Source: a virus
DNA length: 48,744 bases
Virus record (IMG/VR): IMGVR_UViG_3300045988_148990
Direction: 5' to 3' (one strand)
A program made the position numbers and the translations under genes. How positions within the stretch are numbered: the stretch's first letter is position 1; each line of letters begins with the position of its first letter. The notes under the pieces were generated by a model that saw nothing but the letters and a program-made list of their open reading frames with translations, searched no databases and was not told the origin of the DNA. This document shows positions 40,906 to 48,744 of the stretch, one piece after another.

Positions 40906-41808
40906 TTATTGGAGAGGGAGGTCTCCGCAGTGGTTCTCTTCCCACAGTTTGTCGAACTCCTCTCTGAACTTCAACGAGGTCTTGGCGATGCCTCTTTCGA
41001 GGAGCATCCTTGCAATCGTGTCGTTGGCCTGCACCTGCGTGGTGACGCCTGCAAGCGTGGTCTGAGAGGAACTGCCCGAACCGTGGCTACCCGCTCCCTT
41101 TGCGGGGTTCTTTTCGAGAATATCCATAGCCTCGAACTCCTTCTGTAACAGTTCCTTGGCGGTAAACGGCATGAGTTTGTTCTCGGGGTTGTTAAGGGTC
41201 ACGCCCTTATCGTCCTTGAACACCAATACCGATGTCCCGTTGCTTTCCTCGAAAGTCGGGTGCTTGGCCTTGACGTTGGCGATTGCCTGCCCGACAAGGG
41301 TGTTCATCACGGCCTCGGAGAATCCCTGCTTGAAGGTGAATCCTTCCTTGGCCTTGGCAATCTCAGCATCTACTTTCAGCCCCAACAGAGCACTTGCGTG
41401 GTCGGCATTTGCCTTGTCAAGTTCGGCTTTGACGTTGTTGAACTGCTCCTTGGTGGAGGCAAGTTCGTTCTTGGCCTGCTCTAACTGAGCCTTGATAGCG
41501 GCATCACCGCCTTCTGCAACCTGCTTTTCGAGGTCGGCCACCTTGGTTTTCAGAGCCTCGTAGTCCCCGTATTTGCCAGTGAACTCCTTGGCGGCTCTTT
41601 CGAGGTAAACGTAGGTCTTTTCATCCCCGTCACGCTTGACACCCGTGGCCTTTTCAATAGTTGCATCCATCTGACGATATACCTCGCCAAACTTCTGCCC
41701 GATTACAGTGTTCTCGTCATTCTCAGAGAGAGTGGCGATAGTCTGAATCTGCTCCGCAGTCAAGTCTTTCAGACTTTCGTTTGCTTTCAGAACTTCCTCT
41801 GTTAACAT
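40906..41808 (-). CDS. scaffolding protein (300 aa)
   Basis: Alpha-helical and charged, with coiled-coil stretches (KVADLEKQVAEGGDAAIKAQLEQAKNELASTKEQFNNVKAELDKA). Lies upstream of the capsid gene. Confidence 0.55.
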   Translation of the reverse strand: MLTEEVLKANESLKDLTAEQIQTIATLSENDENTVIGQKFGEVYRQMDATIEKATGVKRDGDEKTYVYLERAAKEFTGKYGDYEALKTKVADLEKQVAEGGDAAIKAQLEQAKNELASTKEQFNNVKAELDKANADHASALLGLKVDAEIAKAKEGFTFKQGFSEAVMNTLVGQAIANVKAKHPTFEESNGTSVLVFKDDKGVTLNNPENKLMPFTAKELLQKEFEAMDILEKNPAKGAGSHGSGSSSQTTLAGVTTQVQANDTIARMLLERGIAKTSLKFREEFDKLWEENHCGDLPLQ

Positions 41809-41821
41809 ACTTCAATCCTCC

Positions 41822-42283
41822 TTACTTGTTGTCGGTTTTTCCCTTGCCACCCTCGGGCTTTTGGGACTCTTTTGGTGCTTCCTCCGCCTCTTTGGCCTTA
41901 GCCTTGGCAAGGGCCTCTTTCAGTTTGGCGATTTCGGCATCCTTTTCTTTGAGGGCATCGTCCGCCCCTTTCTGCACCTTCGCTTTGAGTTCGGCAATCT
42001 CAGCGTCTTTGGCCCTCATGACGGCATCCTTGTCCACAATGCGGGTGTCGGTGTAAGTACCGAGCGGGTGGAACAGGATTTCCACTGTGTAACCAAGGAT
42101 TTCGAGGTTGCGTTTCAGCGAAGAATCGAACTCCTTCGGATTGTCCTTGCAGATACGGGGTCTCTCCAAGAAGTTACCCTTTGTGTCCACCTTGGCAATC
42201 CGATAGTGAACGGAACGTTCCTGCCCCTTTGGAACGATGTAGTTTTCTCTATGCACGAGAAGGGCTGACGGCTCTTTTTGCAT
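41822..42283 (-). CDS. head-module protein with C-terminal KDAEIA(E/K)LK coiled-coil repeat (153 aa)
   Basis: Track ORF; overlaps the portal 3' end by 35 nt. Confidence 0.5.
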   Translation of the reverse strand: MQKEPSALLVHRENYIVPKGQERSVHYRIAKVDTKGNFLERPRICKDNPKEFDSSLKRNLEILGYTVEILFHPLGTYTDTRIVDKDAVMRAKDAEIAELKAKVQKGADDALKEKDAEIAKLKEALAKAKAKEAEEAPKESQKPEGGKGKTDNK

Positions 42284-43979
42284 AATCTAAAAGTGTTTGT
42301 TGAATGTTTGTTATTTTTTCGGAGTAAGGAATTGCAGACCCAAACTCCAAGATGTTGTCATTCTCCCTCTCAAACTTTGCCACAAAGCCCATAAAGTCGG
42401 CTTTTAACATGTACTCCTCGGGCTTGATAAGCCCCTTTTCGAGCATTTCTCCCACCTCGGTCAGCGAGCGGTGACGGAAAGGCTCAATGTCTTTCAGAAC
42501 TATCATGCGTTGGAGCACTATAGGGTTGTGGCGGTACATGGTTTCGAGCATCTGAGTATAGAGAGTGTCTAAGTCAGCCTCGCTTGCACCACCCTCCTTC
42601 GCCTTGGTATAGCGGGCTTGTAGGGTTTCTGCGGTAAGGGTGTAGAACTCGTTGCCGTAACTCACATGGGCACTGATAAAGGCCGTGCCGTAACGGAGCA
42701 AGCAAACGGTGGTATCCACCCAAGCCTGCGCCTCCTCAAATCCAGCCTTGACCCTGTTCAGAACATTGTCCTTGCTCTCAAAGGTGGCATCCACCTGCTT
42801 GTCGGCAAGGGAGGTCTCGTTGAGAATGGTGTTGTCCACACCAACGCAAGAGTTAACTATTTGAGTTTCAAGGCGTTTAAGTTCCCCAACATTATAGTCA
42901 AGGCTCTTGCGGTCTATGGTTGTTATATCCACAGGCTTGCGGAGGTCGGGCTGACCCTCTACGGGGACGGGGACAGTGATGAAACTGCCTGCGCCAGCGA
43001 GGTTCTTCTTCCCCTTGCAGAGCGGGCACGGAACGGGATTACCATTGAGGTCAGTAACAAATTCTCCGCTCGGTTTCTGCAAATAACCCTTGTGGCAGGT
43101 GTTTCCGTCCTTATCAACGTAGTCGCACTCCTCCTCGAAGGCACTGTAAATCGGATAACTTGCATAGGTGTCAAGGTGCTTTACACCGAGGCTCTTGAAC
43201 AAGTACCAATCCAAGGCACTCAACTCCTTGGAGAGCGGACTACGCTTGATGTCGGGACGTGAAAGGGAAAGGGGGTCGCTCCAAAAGAACCTTGCAGGGC
43301 AGTAACCGAGGTTGTGGGGGTTGTCGCTGAGCATTTCCCCGAGGGTTGTGCCTTGGTAATCGTAGGTTCGATAGGATTGCTCGTCAATCACGACCAAACG
43401 CTTTTTTCCGTTGTAGTCGCTCCTGAACATAATCCAATCCATGCTCTTTGTGCGAGCGTCCACCTTGTAGGAGACCACATCGCTGATGGGAAGGAAGTAG
43501 AAATAGGGCTGAGGGTAGCGGTCTATCGTTTCCTCCCCCGGCATGTCAACTATCATAACGCAGTTGATTTCCGTTTGGAAGAACCGCCAAGCATCCTGCG
43601 ACCACACGCTCGGTTCTTTGAGGACTTCCTGCCTGTACCATTCCCAATCGTCCCTTTCTTGGGAGCGGTGGAATTGGTAGTTGAAGGCAGGGTTTCTCCC
43701 GTCAAAGATTTTCGACAACTTGGTGAAGATGCTCTCCGTCAAGCGATTGGTCGGCAGAGGGAACTTCAAGTTGTTCATTGACGCAAGAAACTTATCCTCG
43801 GGCAACTGAGACTTCACGAAAGTACGGAAACGCTGATAGGGCAGACCGCCGCGTATCTCGTCAAGGTTGGTGTCAGTGTGAAACTTAATCCAATCCTGCT
43901 GAGCCTTGGCCCGCTCTATCTCGCTCCGCTTGCTCGGTTTGAGGAGTTCGTTACTTATGTTTGCGCGGCTTAAACCCAT
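42249..43979 (-). CDS. portal protein (576 aa)
   Basis: Called on size and position between the terL region and the scaffold/capsid genes. Confidence 0.65.
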   Translation of the reverse strand: MGLSRANISNELLKPSKRSEIERAKAQQDWIKFHTDTNLDEIRGGLPYQRFRTFVKSQLPEDKFLASMNNLKFPLPTNRLTESIFTKLSKIFDGRNPAFNYQFHRSQERDDWEWYRQEVLKEPSVWSQDAWRFFQTEINCVMIVDMPGEETIDRYPQPYFYFLPISDVVSYKVDARTKSMDWIMFRSDYNGKKRLVVIDEQSYRTYDYQGTTLGEMLSDNPHNLGYCPARFFWSDPLSLSRPDIKRSPLSKELSALDWYLFKSLGVKHLDTYASYPIYSAFEEECDYVDKDGNTCHKGYLQKPSGEFVTDLNGNPVPCPLCKGKKNLAGAGSFITVPVPVEGQPDLRKPVDITTIDRKSLDYNVGELKRLETQIVNSCVGVDNTILNETSLADKQVDATFESKDNVLNRVKAGFEEAQAWVDTTVCLLRYGTAFISAHVSYGNEFYTLTAETLQARYTKAKEGGASEADLDTLYTQMLETMYRHNPIVLQRMIVLKDIEPFRHRSLTEVGEMLEKGLIKPEEYMLKADFMGFVAKFERENDNILEFGSAIPYSEKITNIQQTLLDYAKRAVSPSRA

Positions 43980-44124
43980 TTTCCGTAAGTTCTACTTTTT
44001 CATCGTCAGCAATATGCCAACCCCCATTGTTAGGCATCCTCAAAAGCCTCTCAGCGTGGCCCACCTCGAACTCACGCTCTATTTCTCCTGCACGGAGACG
44101 GACGGTTGTCACTTTGGCAGGCAT
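43951..44124 (-). CDS. hypothetical small protein (57 aa, below the track cutoff)
   Basis: Hand translation gives MPAKVTTVRLRAGEIEREFEVGHAERLLRMPNNGGWHIADDEKVELTENGFKPRKHK. It fills the gap between the tube paralog and the portal. Confidence 0.4.
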   Translation of the reverse strand: MPAKVTTVRLRAGEIEREFEVGHAERLLRMPNNGGWHIADDEKVELTENGFKPRKHK

Positions 44125-44130
44125 GGCTGA

Positions 44131-44754
44131 TTAGGCGTTTGCGAGGTCGGTGAGAGGGTTGAATTCAGGGGTGATGATTGCCACATCGTCACTCCAATTG
44201 GCGGGCAGAGAGAACGACAGAGCGTTTTCATCCGGGGTTTCGAGGCCGTTGAGTTTGAGGTCTCCCACAAACAGGGTCTGAATCGGAATCGGGCCGAAGT
44301 TGTCTTTGGAGACTTCCTTCCCCATAATCTGTCCGTCACCGTTGACGAAGTACACACCCAAGCTCAGTTCGCACATGAGGGCTTTGAGGCCCTTGACGAT
44401 AGACTGAACAATCTGACGCAGGGCGAAGGTCATGTTGGTGGGGTTCGTGCCAATCACCTTGCTCACACCGCCAATAGTGTCGTTGCCACCGCCATAGGTG
44501 ATAGCGTCACCGCCATCGGCAGTAGGGGCTTCAACATAAGGGGTGATAATGGCCTTCGTGCCATCGTCTGCGCTGAACAGGGCAGTCCAAGTGGCAAGGG
44601 TGACGGCATTAGCCTTCGTCATGGAGTTCTTGGTTGTTCCCGAGGTGAAGATACGCTGAAAGATAATCTTCTGAATCTGACCGAAGTCTTGCGGGCAAGT
44701 AGCGTTGGGAACGGAGGGAATAGACGCACCCGCAGGGCACTGACATGCAGACAT
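44131..44754 (-). CDS. tail-tube-like protein, paralog A (207 aa)
   Basis: Shares blocks with 36685..37338: GQ(I/V)QKI.FQRI, ITPYVE.P...GGD, M(T/S)FALR, LGVYF.NG.GQI, PIPI..LFVGDL.L.GL, TP(E/D)FNP..DL. Confidence 0.5.
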   Translation of the reverse strand: MSACQCPAGASIPSVPNATCPQDFGQIQKIIFQRIFTSGTTKNSMTKANAVTLATWTALFSADDGTKAIITPYVEAPTADGGDAITYGGGNDTIGGVSKVIGTNPTNMTFALRQIVQSIVKGLKALMCELSLGVYFVNGDGQIMGKEVSKDNFGPIPIQTLFVGDLKLNGLETPDENALSFSLPANWSDDVAIITPEFNPLTDLANA

Positions 44755-44828
44755 AATTTTTTGTGTTTTAAGTTGTTATGTATTGTTTTTCTGCTTTGTG
44801 GTGGGGCTGACCCTCTGCCTTCACACCA

Positions 44829-44836
44829 CAAATATA
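44829..44836 (-). promoter_or_regulatory. -7 box TATATTTG heading the head-morphogenesis operon
   Basis: The plus strand reads CAAATATA, 74 nt upstream of ATG 44754. Confidence 0.45.
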
Positions 44837-44911
44837 CAAAAACTTGCACAAATAAAACAAATTTTCCACAGAATGTTTGGAAATGCCGAAAATTATTCCG
44901 ACCTTTGTTGG

Positions 44912-45043
44912 CGAAAGGATTGCCTTGGTAGTGCTCGGAATTCCGAAAAAAAGAGACTTACATACTTGGCTCTGAGCACTACCGCCCGAAAGGGTGAGAG
45001 CCAGCAAACTTGCTCTGAAAGGTTTTCCTTTCAGGGCTTTTTT
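44912..45043 (+). ncRNA. candidate sRNA of about 130 nt, bounded by a promoter and a terminator
   Basis: -33 TTTG at 44876 and near-consensus -7 GACCTTTG at 44900, with 20-nt spacing. 10-bp stem 44927..44936/44974..44983. GAAA-capped hairpin 44983..44996. Terminator at 45015..45043. No ORF. Confidence 0.45.
45015..45043 (+). terminator. strong intrinsic terminator
   Basis: 8-bp stem CTGAAAGG/CCTTTCAG, TTTT loop, then GGC TTTTTT. Confidence 0.75.
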
Positions 45044-45374
45044 GTTAGCCCAAAGACATAGATGCTATTTGACAGAGAGAGTTTCCACGGGTAGGCTCTA
45101 TAATCCCAACCCAACTTCAAACCTTGCAATTTGCATCGGCATCAAAGAAGTGCAGGCACTGTGCCACTCACATCCTGCGACCTTAAACTAACCGATGGGG
45201 CAACCTGCAAAAGGCTCAGAAATGAGTAGAGGGGGGCGTTAAGCCACTTGTTGTAACGAGGACAAGAGAACGACTTAACGGGGCAAAATTGTCAAATTCC
45301 ATGTTTTTAATGCTTTGGCTCGGTGTAGTTTAAGGGATTAAAAGGGCTCGTTATGCTCTGATATTGATTTTGAT

Positions 45375-45959
45375 ATGAAATTTCAACTATACACTGATGG
45401 CGGGTACTCAATGTCTGCGGACTTTGGGGCGTTTGCTTATGTAATCCTCCAAGACGGGGAACTCCTACATAAACACGCAGAGAAAATTGAGCACGAAACC
45501 AACAACCGGGCGGAAATCAAAGCAATCATGTACGGGATGCAAGCCCTCCCCAACAATAGCAAGGTGGAGGTTTTCTCCGACAGCCAATATGCCCTCGGGG
45601 TGCTTTCGGGCCGATACAAGGCAAAGAAGAATCCCGACTTGGTTAACAGATACAAGAAGATGGTCGCAACAAAGAGCATGAGCGTGTCGTACAATTGGGT
45701 TCGCGGCCACAATGGGAACAAATGGAACGAACTCTGCGACCAACTCTGCAACGAGGCCGCAGGAATAGACCTTAACAGGAATCCGTTTGGCTCAGCGCAT
45801 GAGCGGCAAAGTCAGAGGTTGGAGGATATGGGCTACAACGAACTTATGGAACTCTACAAGGGTGTCCGGGCGGAGTTGATAAGGAGAAACAACGGAATTG
45901 AAGATATAGACCATGAACACAGAAGAATCAATGAGCGCGAAGGTCAAAGCCTTCCTTAA
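45375..45959 (+). CDS. rnhA: ribonuclease HI
   Basis: LYTDGG; TNNRAEIKA; FSDSQY; WVRGHNGNKWNELCDQLC. These align with the E. coli RNase HI catalytic DEDD blocks. Confidence 0.9.
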   Translation: MKFQLYTDGGYSMSADFGAFAYVILQDGELLHKHAEKIEHETNNRAEIKAIMYGMQALPNNSKVEVFSDSQYALGVLSGRYKAKKNPDLVNRYKKMVATKSMSVSYNWVRGHNGNKWNELCDQLCNEAAGIDLNRNPFGSAHERQSQRLEDMGYNELMELYKGVRAELIRRNNGIEDIDHEHRRINEREGQSLP

Positions 45960-46077
45960 CGGCCTCACAAACGAGGAGGCGCGCCTGTTTTGGCGGTTTC
46001 TCCGCACCCGAATATGGGCTGAATGGGTAAACACCCGTGTAAACCACTGAATCGTCAAATAATAGGGTTTTATTCCC

Positions 46078-46085
46078 TATTTTTG
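46078..46085 (+). promoter_or_regulatory. -7 box TATTTTTG
   Basis: Exact TAnnTTTG match, 48 nt upstream of ATG 46134. Confidence 0.45.
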
Positions 46086-46133
46086 CAAGAAAACGGCGTT
46101 TTGCGCCATAAAAATTACGTAATTTTCAATTTT

Positions 46134-46409
46134 ATGTCGAAAAAATCACCCAAACCCAAGGTTATTCCCGTGATTACGGGCATCCACAAACAGGGAGAGA
46201 GAAAGGTCATCGCTCTCCACCACCACCCGAAGGCCATTACGCAGGCCCTTGACGCTCTTGTCGAGGAGGCCAAGGACAACCCGCCACTCAAAGGTCTGTT
46301 CGAGGACATCAGGGTTCTCACACATTGGGCTCTCGCCCGCCTGCCGATGGTGGAGCCGCCAAAAGAGAAACCCTCCACATCGGAAGAATCCGAGGTGAAG
46401 GGCAATTAA
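46134..46409 (+). CDS. hypothetical protein (91 aa)
   Basis: Track ORF 46023..46409 trimmed to MSKKSPKPKV. Confidence 0.5.
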   Translation: MSKKSPKPKVIPVITGIHKQGERKVIALHHHPKAITQALDALVEEAKDNPPLKGLFEDIRVLTHWALARLPMVEPPKEKPSTSEESEVKGN

Positions 46410-46525
46410 CGGACTTGAAAAAAGCATTGCAAAGTTACATCAATTTTTTGTAACCGCAAATCTTTTTTCACCCGTTTATACGGCCCACAATCGGTATAAC
46501 AAGTATAATATGTCAAGACGAAATT

Positions 46526-46550
46526 GGGAGGGTTTGAGGCCCTCCCTTTT
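46526..46550. terminator. hairpin terminator shared by the plus island and convergent terL
   Basis: 7-bp stem GGGAGGG/CCCTCCC followed by TTTT on the plus strand, 3 nt from the terL stop. Confidence 0.6.
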
Positions 46551-46553
46551 GCG

Positions 46554-48092
46554 TTAATTCCGTCTTTTAATGCCCCTACGGAGTTGGGTATAAGGCTTGG
46601 TGTTGCCCGAAAGGATTTCTTTCTCTACTGCGGCAGTAAGGGCATCCGGGGCATCGTCATGCGCATTCGCGCTGAACGTGCGGAGGAAATGGGTGATGGC
46701 CTTGTGGAATCGCGGCCACCTCGTCTCCCAATCATGGGGCATGACCACCGCCTGCATGACTAAGCCTGCATTGGAGACTATTCGGCTCTCCTTGTTTGCT
46801 CCCGTGTGGTAGGTAACGACAGTGCACCGCATACGCTTGGCTATGTCGTTGGCAAACTGCTCCCCCCCGTTGTTGCTCTCCACCCAAGTGAGTTGAGTGC
46901 CGTTGGAGTTCACCATCATCGGCACTGAGACCTTGGTTATCTCCGTCCCCTCGGGTGTCATAAGCACATCTACGGGGAGAAGGAACATAATGGGCTCGAA
47001 CTTCTTGGTCTGCTCGTTGAAGATAGTGTTGGGAGACTTGCGGATTTGGTAGGATATAGCCACCAAATCGTCCGTTCCCTTGTCGGCCACATCTATGAGA
47101 GTGCCCTTGCGGATGAGCACCCCGTAATCGTTGGGGTCAACATAGGTCTTGAACGGGCCGTAGAGCAAGCCCTCGGCTGAGGTCGGAGAACCTTGGTACA
47201 GGCACTCGAACTGCACGGGGTCGAGGGCCTTGGCCGCCAAGAGTTCTTCCTTGCTATGCCTCTCGGGCCAAAGGGCCTCTCCCTCCTCTCGTGGGTCTAA
47301 CTCCGTTGGCTCGCCTACCTTCAAGGCGGGGAAATTCACCTGCACCCATGCGCCCTCGGGGATATTGTCGAGGTCGCTCATTGATTTGAGCGGGACAATC
47401 TTTTCTCCCGAGTTCTCCAAGCGTCCTATCAAATCGTCCTCGTGCCAACGGGTGAACACGATAATCTCTTGGCTATTGTTATGCAGACGGGTACGAACCA
47501 CATTTACATACCACATCCAAGCCTGTTCTCGTATCAACTTCGAGTTCGCCTCATTGAAATCCTTGTAAACATCGTCCAAAATGGAAATGTCAACGGATTT
47601 ACCCGTCAGAGAGCCATTCCTACCAACGGCCCTTACGAATCCACTATGGCCGACAGGCTCAGAAATCTCCGAGTTGCACTGATAGACGTTATCCATGCGG
47701 ACTTTGCCGTTATTGAAGAACGTGTCGGGAAAAACCGCCTTGTATGCCTCGGAGTTCACTATCCTCTGAACGTCTCGGTTGAAGGTCTTGGCCTGGTCTG
47801 TGGAGTAAGAGCCAATCACGATTTTAAGGTCGGGATTGAGGCCCAACAGGAAGGCGGGGAGAAACCTACTACTCCCTTGGCTTTTACCGTGCTGAGGTGG
47901 GACAGAAACAATGAGTTTCTTTATCTGCTTATGAGCAAACCTATCCAACACCTCGTAATAGACCTTGTGGAAGTTGGTTATCTCCATTTTTGGCATCATG
48001 TAGCGGGCAAAGGTAATAAACCTCTGCCTTGCAACAAACCTCACAACGCTTTCGGGGTTTGCTTTGATTGCGTTTATAGCATTGTTATCCAT
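46554..48092 (-). CDS. terL: terminase large subunit
   Basis: 512 aa. Walker A-like VSVPPQHGKSQGSS, Walker B-like VDISILDDVY, and a C-terminal nuclease-sized domain. Confidence 0.85.
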   Translation of the reverse strand: MDNNAINAIKANPESVVRFVARQRFITFARYMMPKMEITNFHKVYYEVLDRFAHKQIKKLIVSVPPQHGKSQGSSRFLPAFLLGLNPDLKIVIGSYSTDQAKTFNRDVQRIVNSEAYKAVFPDTFFNNGKVRMDNVYQCNSEISEPVGHSGFVRAVGRNGSLTGKSVDISILDDVYKDFNEANSKLIREQAWMWYVNVVRTRLHNNSQEIIVFTRWHEDDLIGRLENSGEKIVPLKSMSDLDNIPEGAWVQVNFPALKVGEPTELDPREEGEALWPERHSKEELLAAKALDPVQFECLYQGSPTSAEGLLYGPFKTYVDPNDYGVLIRKGTLIDVADKGTDDLVAISYQIRKSPNTIFNEQTKKFEPIMFLLPVDVLMTPEGTEITKVSVPMMVNSNGTQLTWVESNNGGEQFANDIAKRMRCTVVTYHTGANKESRIVSNAGLVMQAVVMPHDWETRWPRFHKAITHFLRTFSANAHDDAPDALTAAVEKEILSGNTKPYTQLRRGIKRRN

Positions 48093-48621
48093 TGTATTTC
48101 CAAATCATTCCTTTACACGTCTTGTTTTTCCCCGACACTGCGGCCCAAACGGAGGTTTTTAACACACCAAGGTCTTTTGCCGCAAGCGTGATTGAATCGT
48201 AACTCCGAACAAACTCACCGCTTGGGAGGTAGCAAGACACACCCTTGCTTATCTTTGCGTCATGGCGGGAGCGGCCCGTTCCATAGTTGACATTCTCAAC
48301 CCGAGAACACCACTCCAAGTTGTCGGCCCGATTGTTCTTCTTGTCCTCGTCCTTGTGATTCACCTCAAACACGCCACTCGGCACTTCAAGGAAAGCCTCA
48401 GCAACAAGTCGATGCACATATTCATAACGGGCTCCACCCTGTGAGTGCAGGCCAACGGCCAAATATCCATTCTTGCATACCTTGTGGGATAAAACCCGCT
48501 CGTTAATCGTTTGGCGAATATCGCCTCGGATAATGGTGCGACATACACTCTTTACCCGCCCAAGGTCACTCACCTCGTAAGTGCCCTCGTAGCCTTTTAT
48601 TGGTCTCCAACTCTCTTTCAT
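48085..48621 (-). CDS. free-standing HNH homing endonuclease, paralog H4, between terS and terL
   Basis: WRPIKGYEGTYEVSDLGRVKS; VHRLVAEAFLEVP...VNHKDEDKKNNRADNLEW. Its 3' end overlaps the terL start by 8 nt. Confidence 0.85.
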   Translation of the reverse strand: MKESWRPIKGYEGTYEVSDLGRVKSVCRTIIRGDIRQTINERVLSHKVCKNGYLAVGLHSQGGARYEYVHRLVAEAFLEVPSGVFEVNHKDEDKKNNRADNLEWCSRVENVNYGTGRSRHDAKISKGVSCYLPSGEFVRSYDSITLAAKDLGVLKTSVWAAVSGKNKTCKGMIWKYNG

Positions 48622-48683
48622 ACCACAAGGATACCACTTTCATATCAATTATGCAAGTGGTACGTGGTAAATTGTAGTCCATA

Positions 48684-48744
48684 TTATTGTTCGAGTATTT
48701 TTTGGTCTTGTAGCATGTCAGCCATCCTTGCGAGTTCCTCCATG
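48684..48744 (-). CDS. terS: terminase small subunit, 3' end (stop TAA at 48684..48686; continues from position 1 through the overlap)
   Basis: Minus-strand reading ...CAAGACCAAAAAATACTCGAACAATAA gives QDQKILEQ*, in frame with 1..603 once the 55-bp overlap is collapsed. Confidence 0.65.
   Translation of the reverse strand, partial: MEELARMADMLQDQKILEQ
48690..48744. repeat. terminal direct overlap, copy 2
   Basis: Identical to 1..55. Confidence 0.95.

Overview
The window is a complete, circularly closed genome of a tailed dsDNA phage. Bases 1..55 are identical to 48690..48744, so the unique length is 48,689 bp. The architecture is siphovirus-like: long tape measure, tube protein, no sheath. 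The host is probably a Bacteroidota bacterium. At least 16 operon heads carry the Bacteroides-type -7 box TAnnTTTG, start codons sit behind A-rich leaders, and I saw no Shine-Dalgarno sequences.

Modules:
- Minus strand, 603 wrapping through 48689 down to 23441: terS, an HNH endonuclease, terL, then a plus-strand island (candidate sRNA, RNase HI, small ORF), then a tube-like paralog, portal, scaffold, major capsid, neck genes, tail tube, a membrane protein, an HNH endonuclease, chaperone-like gene, 1214-aa tape measure, 967-aa and 303-aa tail proteins, an 807-aa fibre, and a four-gene lysis cassette.
- Minus strand, 17296 to 8607: replication module. It holds two wHTH proteins, DnaB, a Vsr-like nuclease, two HNH genes, MazG, an orphan primase zinc finger, a mini-SSB and an orphan DnaA domain IV.
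- Plus strand, 17620 to 23395: XRE regulator, PD-(D/E)xK exonuclease, an HNH endonuclease, then about 13 genes, almost all small ORFans.
- Accessory region, 686 to 8365: membrane-anchored lytic transglycosylase, ASCH protein, acidic ORFans and ArdC-like anti-restriction protein.

I found no integrase, tRNA, rRNA or CRISPR array.

Most unusual signals:
- A GNRA-capped structured RNA candidate at 1756..1999.
- A 750-bp non-coding convergent zone at 3600..4350 with mirror-image C/G skew.
- An iteron-like RTGRATTTTY array and exact 12-mer cassette linkers between 5316 and 7387.
- Origin-like repeats inside the initiator gene.
- Four paralogous HNH homing endonucleases, three of them with their own promoters.
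- A second tail-tube paralog placed ahead of the portal gene.
- A terminator-bounded sRNA candidate next to an RNase HI island between terL and portal.

All functional calls rest on motifs read by eye and on gene position. No database search was run.
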